Source of the DNA: Candidatus Eiseniibacteriota bacterium
Lineage (GTDB): Bacteria; Eisenbacteria; RBG-16-71-46
NCBI GenBank assembly: GCA_963717505.1
Contig: OY970342.1
Coordinates: forward strand, 2,880,001-2,944,000
Reading direction: 5' to 3'
Length of the DNA stretch: 64,000 bases
Shown: one piece after another, positions 30,931 through 38,385 of the stretch
How the letters are laid out: each line of letters starts with the position of its first letter
How positions within the stretch are numbered: the stretch's first letter is position 1
Program-made: the position numbers and the translations under genes
The notes under the pieces: model-generated
What the model saw: only the letters and a program-made list of their open reading frames with translations
The model's database searches: none
Told to the model about the DNA's origin: nothing

Positions 30931-31236
30931 ATGGCGACCAAGAAACTGACGCCGATTCATCCGGGAGAGATCCTGCTGGAGGACTTTCTCGAGCCACTGG
31001 GCTTGTCTCAGTACCGGCTAGCAAAGGGACTCAACGTTCCGGCCAGGAGAATCAACGAGATCGTCCTTAGGAAGCGCGCGATTACCGCCGACACGGCCTT
31101 GCGACTGGCGCGTTTCTTCGGAACCTCTGATCGGTTCTGGCTGAATCTCCAGGCAGCCTATGATCTCGATGTCGAGCGTGATCGCCTGGCTGGGCGGCTC
31201 CAGCGTGAGGTGGAAGTGCTGCGGCGCGCGAGCTAA
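30931..31236 (+). CDS. higA: HigA antitoxin (HTH)
   Basis: PIHPGEILLEDFL...RINEIV...ITADTALRLARFFGTS..FWLNLQAAYDL. Confidence 0.95.
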   Translation: MATKKLTPIHPGEILLEDFLEPLGLSQYRLAKGLNVPARRINEIVLRKRAITADTALRLARFFGTSDRFWLNLQAAYDLDVERDRLAGRLQREVEVLRRAS

Positions 31237-31242
31237 GAGTCG

Positions 31243-31335
31243 CTGGCGTCCCCAACGGGCGTGGATTCGAACCACCTCATCGGTTGGCTTCACGGAATGT
31301 ATTCCCTCCAGAGGTCTCTGGAGACTGCTGCGTGA
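31243..31335 (+). repeat. att-like unit R3
   Basis: CTGGCGTCCCCAACG-GGCGT-GGATTCGAAC..., translating LASPTGVDSNHLIGWLHGMYSLQRSLETAA*. Confidence 0.9.
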
Positions 31336-31382
31336 GGGGTTGCCAGACACCACTTCCCGGGAGATCGCCTGTTGTGCCCCAT

Positions 31383-32105
31383 CTAGTGGCGAGTTGGCTC
31401 GGATGGCGATGGTCGGGGCTTCGTGACCTGGATGATGAGCGGCTTGGTTGTCACGTAGCCTCGCCAAAGTCGCTCGAGTGGGAGATCTTTGCCCCGCAGT
31501 GGCAGGAATTCGCCGACTCCGAGTTCGAAGCGAATGCCGTATCGCCCCGCCTCTCCGAAGCACTGGCCGACGGCGCCATTACGATCGACGACGTCTTGAC
31601 GATCAGCGCCGCGCACGGGAGCTGCCGAAAACACATCCCAATCGCAGGCTGGACCAAGGTTCATGTCGAAGCGCCCTCGACCGAACCTGACGGGGTACAC
31701 AAGGCTATCGCCTGGACTCAGTGAGACGAAATCGGACTTGGAAAGTGTCCGCCCCAGGGAGTAGGCAATGCTTGGCTCCAAGACGCATCGGCGAGCCGAT
31801 GTAGCCCCCCAGACACGGACACGGAGATCCCATTCCCCTTCCTCTAGCATCTGCTCTGGCTTCGGGCGAAGGAGGACCAACGTATCCGACCCCGCGTTCA
31901 AGAACACGAGATTGAGATCGATCGCTTCACCCGCTGCGAAAACCGTGGTCGGTGTTCGGACGACCAACTGAAGCGACTGGGAGGTCGTCGCAGGCGTGAC
32001 AGGAGTGGCGAGCAACAGCCAAAGGATCATGGTAATGATCAAGGCAACGCTCACTTTGCAGTCGCCGGGTTCCATCGGGAACGACGAGGGATTGAAGGAT
32101 CCCAT
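31383..32105 (-). CDS. Hypothetical secreted protein (cassette gene, start uncertain)
   Basis: Hydrophobic signal-like segment and a beta-rich Ig-like region. Fills the R3-R4 interval. Confidence 0.6.
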   Translation of the reverse strand: MGSFNPSSFPMEPGDCKVSVALIITMILWLLLATPVTPATTSQSLQLVVRTPTTVFAAGEAIDLNLVFLNAGSDTLVLLRPKPEQMLEEGEWDLRVRVWGATSARRCVLEPSIAYSLGRTLSKSDFVSLSPGDSLVYPVRFGRGRFDMNLGPACDWDVFSAAPVRGADRQDVVDRNGAVGQCFGEAGRYGIRFELGVGEFLPLRGKDLPLERLWRGYVTTKPLIIQVTKPRPSPSEPTRH

Positions 32106-32159
32106 CTAAACGTACGTCGGGAGTGTGCGCTTCCCGCGAGCCTGAAACCAGCGTGATTG

Positions 32160-32245
32160 ATGGCGTCCCCAACGGTCGTTACTTCGACCGGCTGGTCGCC
32201 TGGCGCGGGGAGATGGACGGACTCCGGCAGGTGCTGGCAGCGTGA
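32160..32245 (+). repeat. att-like unit R4 (1-nt deletion)
   Basis: ATGGCGTCCCCAACG-GTCGT-TACTTCGAC.... With one base restored it reads MASPTVVTS(N)RLVAWRGEMDGLRQVLAA*. Confidence 0.85.
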
Positions 32246-32267
32246 GGTTTCTCGACCTCCGAAGTCC

Positions 32268-32915
32268 CTAGTGAAACACGTTTCGATTTACGAGCAACAG
32301 GTCCTCCGACCAGTCGTCCTCGCTGGATGCGATGTTCGACCAGATTCGCAGATAGAGGAAGGCCTTGCCGCCCTTCTCCGGTTCGTAGTCTGTCTTCTCG
32401 ATCCCGATCACGAGCGGATCCTCACCCAATTCAGGGATCTGGCGTAGCAAGTCGGCGCGTCCCGCCAACTCGACCCGCCCATCCTCGAAAACTTCCCAGA
32501 CGCCAGTGGAGTCGATGGTGAACGTCCGTATCAGGTCCTCTGAGAACGGAAGGTGGACCGCATTCAGTGTCAGGTACCCGCTGAGGTCGAAGGGAGGCAA
32601 CGTCTCCGACTTCTGCGTCCGAGCCCCGGTCATGGCATTCTCCGAGTAGGCGACGTCGCGAAGTGGAATCTGCTCCACAACGCTAAGATCGGACTTCCGC
32701 ACCTTCTCGAGTCGGAGCGTTCGCCTGTGCGAGTAGTAGGAGGGCGGATACTCGCTGATGGTCACGTACCGGAAGAAGTGGTCGGCGTTCTCTCCGAGGA
32801 GCGTCTGCCGCCGCCACGTTCCAGATCCGGGCGTGGCCGCAGCATCCGCTGCGATCAAGATGCTGATTGCGATGACGAGATACCTCACGGGCTGGTTATC
32901 GGCAGCGCAAGGCAT
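32268..32915 (-). CDS. Hypothetical secreted protein (cassette gene)
   Basis: Signal-like RYLVIAISILIAADAAA. No family recognised. Confidence 0.6.
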   Translation of the reverse strand: MPCAADNQPVRYLVIAISILIAADAAATPGSGTWRRQTLLGENADHFFRYVTISEYPPSYYSHRRTLRLEKVRKSDLSVVEQIPLRDVAYSENAMTGARTQKSETLPPFDLSGYLTLNAVHLPFSEDLIRTFTIDSTGVWEVFEDGRVELAGRADLLRQIPELGEDPLVIGIEKTDYEPEKGGKAFLYLRIWSNIASSEDDWSEDLLLVNRNVFH

Positions 32916-32998
32916 TCGCAGGAGACGAACCAGAGCCGCTTTCGAGGGGATGCGCTAGCGCTGATATCAGGCCCGGTGGAGGTGGTAGCCTGCGGTTC

Positions 32999-33910
32999 AT
33001 GAATCAGTTGCGAGTGTTGCTGACGGTGCTGGTTACGTTAGTGGTGCTCCCTACAGGCGCCGGGGCCTCGGCAGAGTCGCAAGTCGAATCGCTGTGGAGG
33101 GGCGTTTTCGAGGGCGACTCACTGTTCGTCCGCGCTGCCTGGATTCCGACAGTCGGTTCCGCGTCGTGCTATCAGAACGAAACCGGCGGCGCCGATACGA
33201 GTGAAGTGCGCCGGAAGTACGTCGAATACAGCATCGAGGACCTTCGCGGGAATGTCTGGCACCGCGGCGTGCTCTCAGAACCGGAGTCCCAGCAGTTCTG
33301 CTGCGATGAGGTATCCGCCGAGGTGGCCCCCTGGCCAGACAGATTGATCGTTAAGCTGACCACTCTCGGCTGGTACTGCGAACCTGCGGGGAACTGCCTG
33401 GCGTCGCGATTCATCCATGTCGCTGGCCCGGACTCGGTGGCAGAGAGCGCTTGGAGCGCTTGGGATGAAATCCCCTGGAACCCCGCGAGAGGCAGTTACT
33501 TCGACGCATGGGTGATCGAAGGGTGCTTTCAGTACCCGATGCGGCTGGAGGCCCGGTTGCAGGGCCACGCTCTCGAATTCAAGCCGACGTTTCCGCCTGG
33601 CGTGACGGAAGGCGATTTGCTCGAGAAGGAAGTCTACAAGGGCGAGGAGTTCGCGTACTGCCTACGGCCATTCAGCCCGACGAAGCCCACGTCGGTCGCC
33701 TGGTATCTGAAGTCAGACTCGAAGTCACCCGAGCGACTGATCATCCAACCGGGCGAGTCGATCGAGATCGTGTCGGCCGTGGTTCGAGCGGAGCGATCTG
33801 AAGGTGGGGAGCTTGCGCCCAAGATCGTCCAAGTAGGTGTCCGAGTGGCGGGCAGGCAAGGCTTCCTGACGCGGGTCGACTTGAAGGCTCTGGGCTTCAT
33901 CGGACTCTGA
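32999..33910 (+). CDS. Hypothetical secreted Cys-containing protein (cassette gene)
   Basis: Signal peptide and GGAGGT RBS. No family recognised. Confidence 0.65.
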   Translation: MNQLRVLLTVLVTLVVLPTGAGASAESQVESLWRGVFEGDSLFVRAAWIPTVGSASCYQNETGGADTSEVRRKYVEYSIEDLRGNVWHRGVLSEPESQQFCCDEVSAEVAPWPDRLIVKLTTLGWYCEPAGNCLASRFIHVAGPDSVAESAWSAWDEIPWNPARGSYFDAWVIEGCFQYPMRLEARLQGHALEFKPTFPPGVTEGDLLEKEVYKGEEFAYCLRPFSPTKPTSVAWYLKSDSKSPERLIIQPGESIEIVSAVVRAERSEGGELAPKIVQVGVRVAGRQGFLTRVDLKALGFIGL

Positions 33911-33968
33911 ACGTTCGGTGTCCGTCGACCAAGAAGGCTTGCCGTCACTGAGCCAGAGCTCAGGAATA

Positions 33969-34055
33969 CTGGCGTCCCCAACGGGCGTGGATTCGAACTC
34001 GCTGATGGGCTGGCTCCGTGAGATGGACGCGCTCCGGCAGGTGCTCGCTGCGTAG
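33969..34055 (+). repeat. att-like unit R5
   Basis: CTGGCGTCCCCAACG-GGCGT-GGATTCGAAC..., translating LASPTGVDSNSLMGWLREMDALRQVLAA*. Confidence 0.9.
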
Positions 34056-34168
34056 AGCCGAGTTCAGTACCGAACCCGTAGAGCGCCGTCCGTGCGATCA
34101 TGTACGATAGGTTGCCTTCGGGCAGCCTCAGAAATCGACTCTGCCTCCTGCGAATGGAGTCGTTCACT

Positions 34169-35119
34169 ATGCTCCGCACCCTGTTGCGCTGCGTCCTGCT
34201 CGCGCTCGTCGCGTCGTTGGGCGCGCGGCATGCACAAGCTCAAGCCCCAACGTTTCTGCTGCAGTGGGGCACCTCGGGAACTGGCGATGGACAGTTTCAG
34301 TCACCCTTCGGGATCGCCGTGGATCCGACCGGCTGCGTTTACGTTTGTGACCAGTACAACAATCGCATTCAGAAGTTCAGCCCAGACGGAGCATTTATCA
34401 CGAAGTGGGGCACGTACGGGCTCGACCCAGGGCAATTCAACATCCCACATTCCATTGGAGTTGACGCAATGGGGCACGTCGCAGTCGTCGACGTCGCTGA
34501 TCGGATTCAGGTTTTTACCTCCGACGGTGTTCTTATGCATTCGTGGGTGCAGCCCGACCATGCGTCTCCGACGATTCGGGATGTGACCGTTGACGCGATG
34601 GGTGTGATCTACATAGCCGACTATCAGGCCGAACGGATCGAGAAGTACAGTCTCGCGGGTGACTTTCTCGGGTCGGTAGGAGACGGCATCGATATTCCGC
34701 CGGGGAGCGTCGCACTCGATCCCATGGGCAACATATACGTGGGCCGGTACGGAAAGATTCGCCAGATCGTTAAGTTCAGTTCAGATGGTGGACAGCTGAC
34801 GAGCTTCGGGCAGGAGGGAGATGGCGACGGGCAGTTCCAGTCGCCGGTCGGGTTGGCGGCGAGCGACGATCTGGCCTACGTGGTCGACTACCAGAATTAC
34901 CGCGTGTTGTTCTTCACGAGCACAGGCGAGTTCCTGGGCAAATGGGGAAGCCCGGGCGCGGGTCCCGGTGAATTCGAGCAGCCGGTTCGCACCGCGCTGG
35001 CGAGCGACGGCGCGGTGTACGTCGTCGATCTACTCAACAACCGAATTCAGAAGTTCGCCCATGTTGTGACCCCTGTTCTTCGCCGGTCGTGGGGAGCGTT
35101 GAAAGCTCAGTATCGGTAG
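34169..35119 (+). CDS. Secreted NHL-repeat beta-propeller protein with SWGxLKxxYR tail
   Basis: GQFQSPxGIAVD..G.VYV.D..NNRIQKF repeats. C-terminus TPVLRRSWGALKAQYR. Confidence 0.88.
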   Translation: MLRTLLRCVLLALVASLGARHAQAQAPTFLLQWGTSGTGDGQFQSPFGIAVDPTGCVYVCDQYNNRIQKFSPDGAFITKWGTYGLDPGQFNIPHSIGVDAMGHVAVVDVADRIQVFTSDGVLMHSWVQPDHASPTIRDVTVDAMGVIYIADYQAERIEKYSLAGDFLGSVGDGIDIPPGSVALDPMGNIYVGRYGKIRQIVKFSSDGGQLTSFGQEGDGDGQFQSPVGLAASDDLAYVVDYQNYRVLFFTSTGEFLGKWGSPGAGPGEFEQPVRTALASDGAVYVVDLLNNRIQKFAHVVTPVLRRSWGALKAQYR

Positions 35120-35246
35120 CGAGACCCGTCGATGTGAAAGTCGCGTCGTCGCTCCCGCGCTCGCCGGATTCGAGAACCAGAACCGACCGCGCAACCCGCT
35201 GTGGGTCCGCGAAACGCCCGCAAGTGCCAGGGCCACAATGGCGGAA

Positions 35247-35270
35247 CTGGCGTCCCCAACGGGATTCGAA
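35247..35270 (+). repeat. attR-like 24-bp direct repeat of the tRNA-Glu 3' end (R6)
   Basis: CTGGCGTCCCCAACGGGATTCGAA, identical to 48848-48871. Confidence 0.92.
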
Positions 35271-35350
35271 TCGGAGGACCGCACGAAAGCACCGAATCCC
35301 ACGAGCGAGCAAACGAACGACGACAACGAGTTGCGGCCGATCGCTGAGGA

Positions 35351-35408
35351 CGATAGTGGTCGATAGTTAGCTTTGCTGCTCGATAGTTCCCGCACAGTTC
35401 CCGCACAG
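35351..35408. repeat. Short direct repeats near attR (possible integrase arm-type sites)
   Basis: CGATAGT at 35351, 35361 and 35381. Tandem AGTTCCCGCAC at 35385 and 35396. Confidence 0.5.
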
Positions 35409-35640
35409 TGTCCGCCGCAGAAGCCCCAGGTCCGCTACCTGCCCACCCGGCGACTGGGACTCGTGAGAGGCGGCTCCCCTTGGGCGTGAGAGGCTCCAGC
35501 GTGCCAGCCTGCCGGACGGTCGGATGGGGCCCCATTTCCTTTGCCAGGAGTCCCGTTCCAGAAAACTCAAGGAACGAGGGCGGCGAGCGTCGCCAGTGCC
35601 TCCGCGTTCACGTCGTAGGGGTTCTCTTTGCTCTCGTTGC

Positions 35641-36180
35641 TCATTGCTCGCCCGCCAGTGGCGGCTCGCCCGACGAGCCGGGGTAGCTTTGGCCCCCAAA
35701 AATAACCGCGGTGTAGTTCACGTGGCCGTCGTAGTCGCTGAGTGCGGCCATCGGAATGCGGATGTGAACCCACTGCGCCGGGGTCGGCCATCGGTACGGC
35801 CCCAGGCGCGTGTATCCCACAAACGCCCAATCGCTCAAGCGATAGACGTAGTAGCCGCTGCGCCACGCGTTCTGGGTGATGTAGAACTCCCAGCCGTCAT
35901 GGTTGCCGGTGGCGGGGTTGGAGTCAGCGTCGATGCCGATGCTGAGCCCCAGCTCGCGCACGTCCATGATGTGGTGCCCATCGAACAGCGCGCTGAAATA
36001 CAGATAGCCTCCGCGCGCAACCATCTCGTGCTGCAGGATGACCGGCACCGCGAGCGGTAGCTCGGGGTGGTCGGGGTTCGCGGGGAGCGCCGCGAGGCGC
36101 CCCCCGTGCTCGAGGTCGGGCGAAGTGATGCGGCAGCCGCACAGCGCGGCGGCCACGAGCAGCGTAGCGAGTCTGTTCAT
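35641..36180 (-). CDS. Hypothetical lipoprotein
   Basis: Lipobox LCGC and an IDADSNPATG motif. Confidence 0.6.
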   Translation of the reverse strand: MNRLATLLVAAALCGCRITSPDLEHGGRLAALPANPDHPELPLAVPVILQHEMVARGGYLYFSALFDGHHIMDVRELGLSIGIDADSNPATGNHDGWEFYITQNAWRSGYYVYRLSDWAFVGYTRLGPYRWPTPAQWVHIRIPMAALSDYDGHVNYTAVIFGGQSYPGSSGEPPLAGEQ

Positions 36181-36488
36181 GGAGTGTGTCCCAGCGCGGG
36201 ATTAGTAGTGAATCCTGGCGGACAATAGCGGTTGATGAACGTTTCTGCGATGTCGCGTTCCTCGTCGGTCGGCACCCCCCGAAGAACCTGTCCGGAATTC
36301 GACAGTTGTCCCGGCTTCGGGGCGCCGCCGCCTACGGTTCCGCGGGAGGCAAGGCCGAAACGGCCAATGGAAGGTACGTATTGTGCCGTCCCGTCGGAAT
36401 GAGAGTGCCTCATTGCGGCGTTTCGGTGGCGAATGTCGAGCGCCAGAGAAAAACGCCGCAGGATAGACCCTTCCCTTCCTCAGCGGGT

Positions 36489-38108
36489 CTACCGGGCGAC
36501 CACGATCTTGAGACGCTCGTCGTGGCCTGCCCACCGCGCGAGCAGAAAGTAGAGTCCGTTCGGCACCGGCCGGCCGCCATCGTCGCACCCGTTCCAATCC
36601 GTCGACTGATGTCCGGCCGCGAAAGCGCCAGGCGCCAAAGTCCGCAACCTGCGGCCCGTGAGGTCGTAGATCTCGAGCACAGCTTCGTCGGCGCTCCCTT
36701 CGAGCCCTCTGGCTGTCGCCAACGTCACCGCCAACTTCTCACCGCGGCACGGCAGCGGCCACGCCGCCAGCGATCGGGTCGGAAGGTGCGGGACCTCCAC
36801 GGACGCCACCTGATCCTTTCCGACAAACAGGTATGCCTGGCCGGCGGCCGCGCCGCCAGCGTTGTTGATGGGCCCGCCGAGAAGCAGGTCGTCGACCTCG
36901 TCGCCGTTCACGTCTCCGGCCCCAGCGACGGCCGTGCCGAGCATCTCACGTAGGGATCCGATCACGATGAGATCTGCAACAGCATCGACTCCAGGGCCAC
37001 CGTGGTAGACACGGACGCTCCCGGCGCCCGCCGCGTCACCGGGCGCTCCGATGACCATGTCGGCGAACCCGTCGCCGTTCACGTCTCCAGCGCCAGCGAT
37101 GCTACCGCCTCCCGTCAGCGTCAGATCGGCGACTTCATCAGCTTCGGGCCCACCGTAGTAGAGGAACGCGTTGCCGCCGCCGACGAGAAGATCGTCGTAC
37201 CCATCGCCGTTAACATCACCAGCACCAGCGACGGCCTGTCCGAAGACATAGGCCCCGACTTCATCGAGAACGAGGTCGGCGATCGCATCGGCCGCCGACC
37301 CGCCGTAGAAGACGTAGGCTCGATCGCTGCCAGGCCCGTTCTCGGGGGGGGCGCCAACGATCACATCGTCGTAGCCATCGCCATTCACGTCCCCTGCTCC
37401 CGCAGTGGACCTCCCGAAGTTGTCGCCCGCCTGTTCTCCCGACAGGACGAGATCCGCCGTATCGTCCATCGGGTTCCCACCATGAAAGAGGTAGGCCTGA
37501 CCGGCGTCGGTGCCGCCGGCGTCGTTCCGATAGGCACCAACGATCAGATCCGCGAAGCCATCACCATTGAAGTCTCCTGCTCCTGCGACCGAGTATCCGA
37601 ACCAGTCGGTGTCGCCGATGCCGGTCAATGTGAGATCGGCAATCGCATCCGCTGCAGGTCCTCCTAAGAAGACGTACGCCCTCCCGACATTGGTGCCCCC
37701 GGCCCCGTCATTGTTGGGAGCACCGACGATCAGGTCGGCGAATCCATCGCTGTTCACGTCCGCGCTCGCCACTGAATAGCCAAAGGCCGAACGATCGGGT
37801 CCGGTGAGGGTGAGATCGGCAGTGGCATCGGCGCTAGGCCCCCCGAAGTAGAGATCGACGCTTCCGGCCTCGGGCCCACCGGCATCGTTGCCGAATGCGC
37901 CGATGATCAGATCGGCGAATCCATCGCCGTTTACGTCACCTGCACCCACAGCGGAGCCGAACCAGTCGCCCGGCGCAGTGCCAGTGAAAGTGAGATGGGC
38001 ACCGTGGACGGTCGGAGGCCCGGGTAGCGCCGAGAACGCCGTTGAGGCGAGCACCGAGACGGCGACCGCAATGATGAGGAAAGCGAGAACCGCTGACGAC
38101 TTTGGCAT
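36489..38108 (-). CDS. FG-GAP/integrin-alpha repeat protein with FlgD-Ig/T9SS-like tail
   Basis: About seven (FG..VAGA)GDVNGDG.DD.IVGA repeats and WNG.DDGGRPVPNGLYF tail. Confidence 0.88.
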   Translation of the reverse strand: MPKSSAVLAFLIIAVAVSVLASTAFSALPGPPTVHGAHLTFTGTAPGDWFGSAVGAGDVNGDGFADLIIGAFGNDAGGPEAGSVDLYFGGPSADATADLTLTGPDRSAFGYSVASADVNSDGFADLIVGAPNNDGAGGTNVGRAYVFLGGPAADAIADLTLTGIGDTDWFGYSVAGAGDFNGDGFADLIVGAYRNDAGGTDAGQAYLFHGGNPMDDTADLVLSGEQAGDNFGRSTAGAGDVNGDGYDDVIVGAPPENGPGSDRAYVFYGGSAADAIADLVLDEVGAYVFGQAVAGAGDVNGDGYDDLLVGGGNAFLYYGGPEADEVADLTLTGGGSIAGAGDVNGDGFADMVIGAPGDAAGAGSVRVYHGGPGVDAVADLIVIGSLREMLGTAVAGAGDVNGDEVDDLLLGGPINNAGGAAAGQAYLFVGKDQVASVEVPHLPTRSLAAWPLPCRGEKLAVTLATARGLEGSADEAVLEIYDLTGRRLRTLAPGAFAAGHQSTDWNGCDDGGRPVPNGLYFLLARWAGHDERLKIVVAR

Positions 38109-38385
38109 CGTGCTTCTCCCCGTCTTGGTCGCTGCGAACGGCCTGCATCACCAGGCCAGCCCTGAGATTCGAACGGATCGACGAGTCGATGGGACTCGGC
38201 CTGGTTATCGGCCGAGCCGACGCCGACCTCGAAATGTTGTTCCCGGAAACCGGCTCGAGGTGCACGACGATCGTGCCACTCGGCATTGTCCCCGCATGGC
38301 GATCGCTTGACAGGCCGAATGCATAGGCGTTGACTCGGGTGCCACTCAGGACTGGGGCAGCAAGGCCCCGCGACAAGGAGGTCGC

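Noticed and set aside
31243-31335. R1-R6 as extra tRNA genes
   Set aside because: Only the 3' acceptor strand and a T-loop-like motif are present, with no D arm or anticodon arm.
30505-34055. Repeats as classical integron attC sites
   Set aside because: There are no RYYYAAC...GTTRRRY boxes or long imperfect hairpin, no intI gene, and the cargo lies in both orientations.
30505-35270. Repeats as a CRISPR array
   Set aside because: Spacing is 0.7-1.8 kb with whole genes between copies, the repeats derive from a tRNA end, and there are no cas genes.
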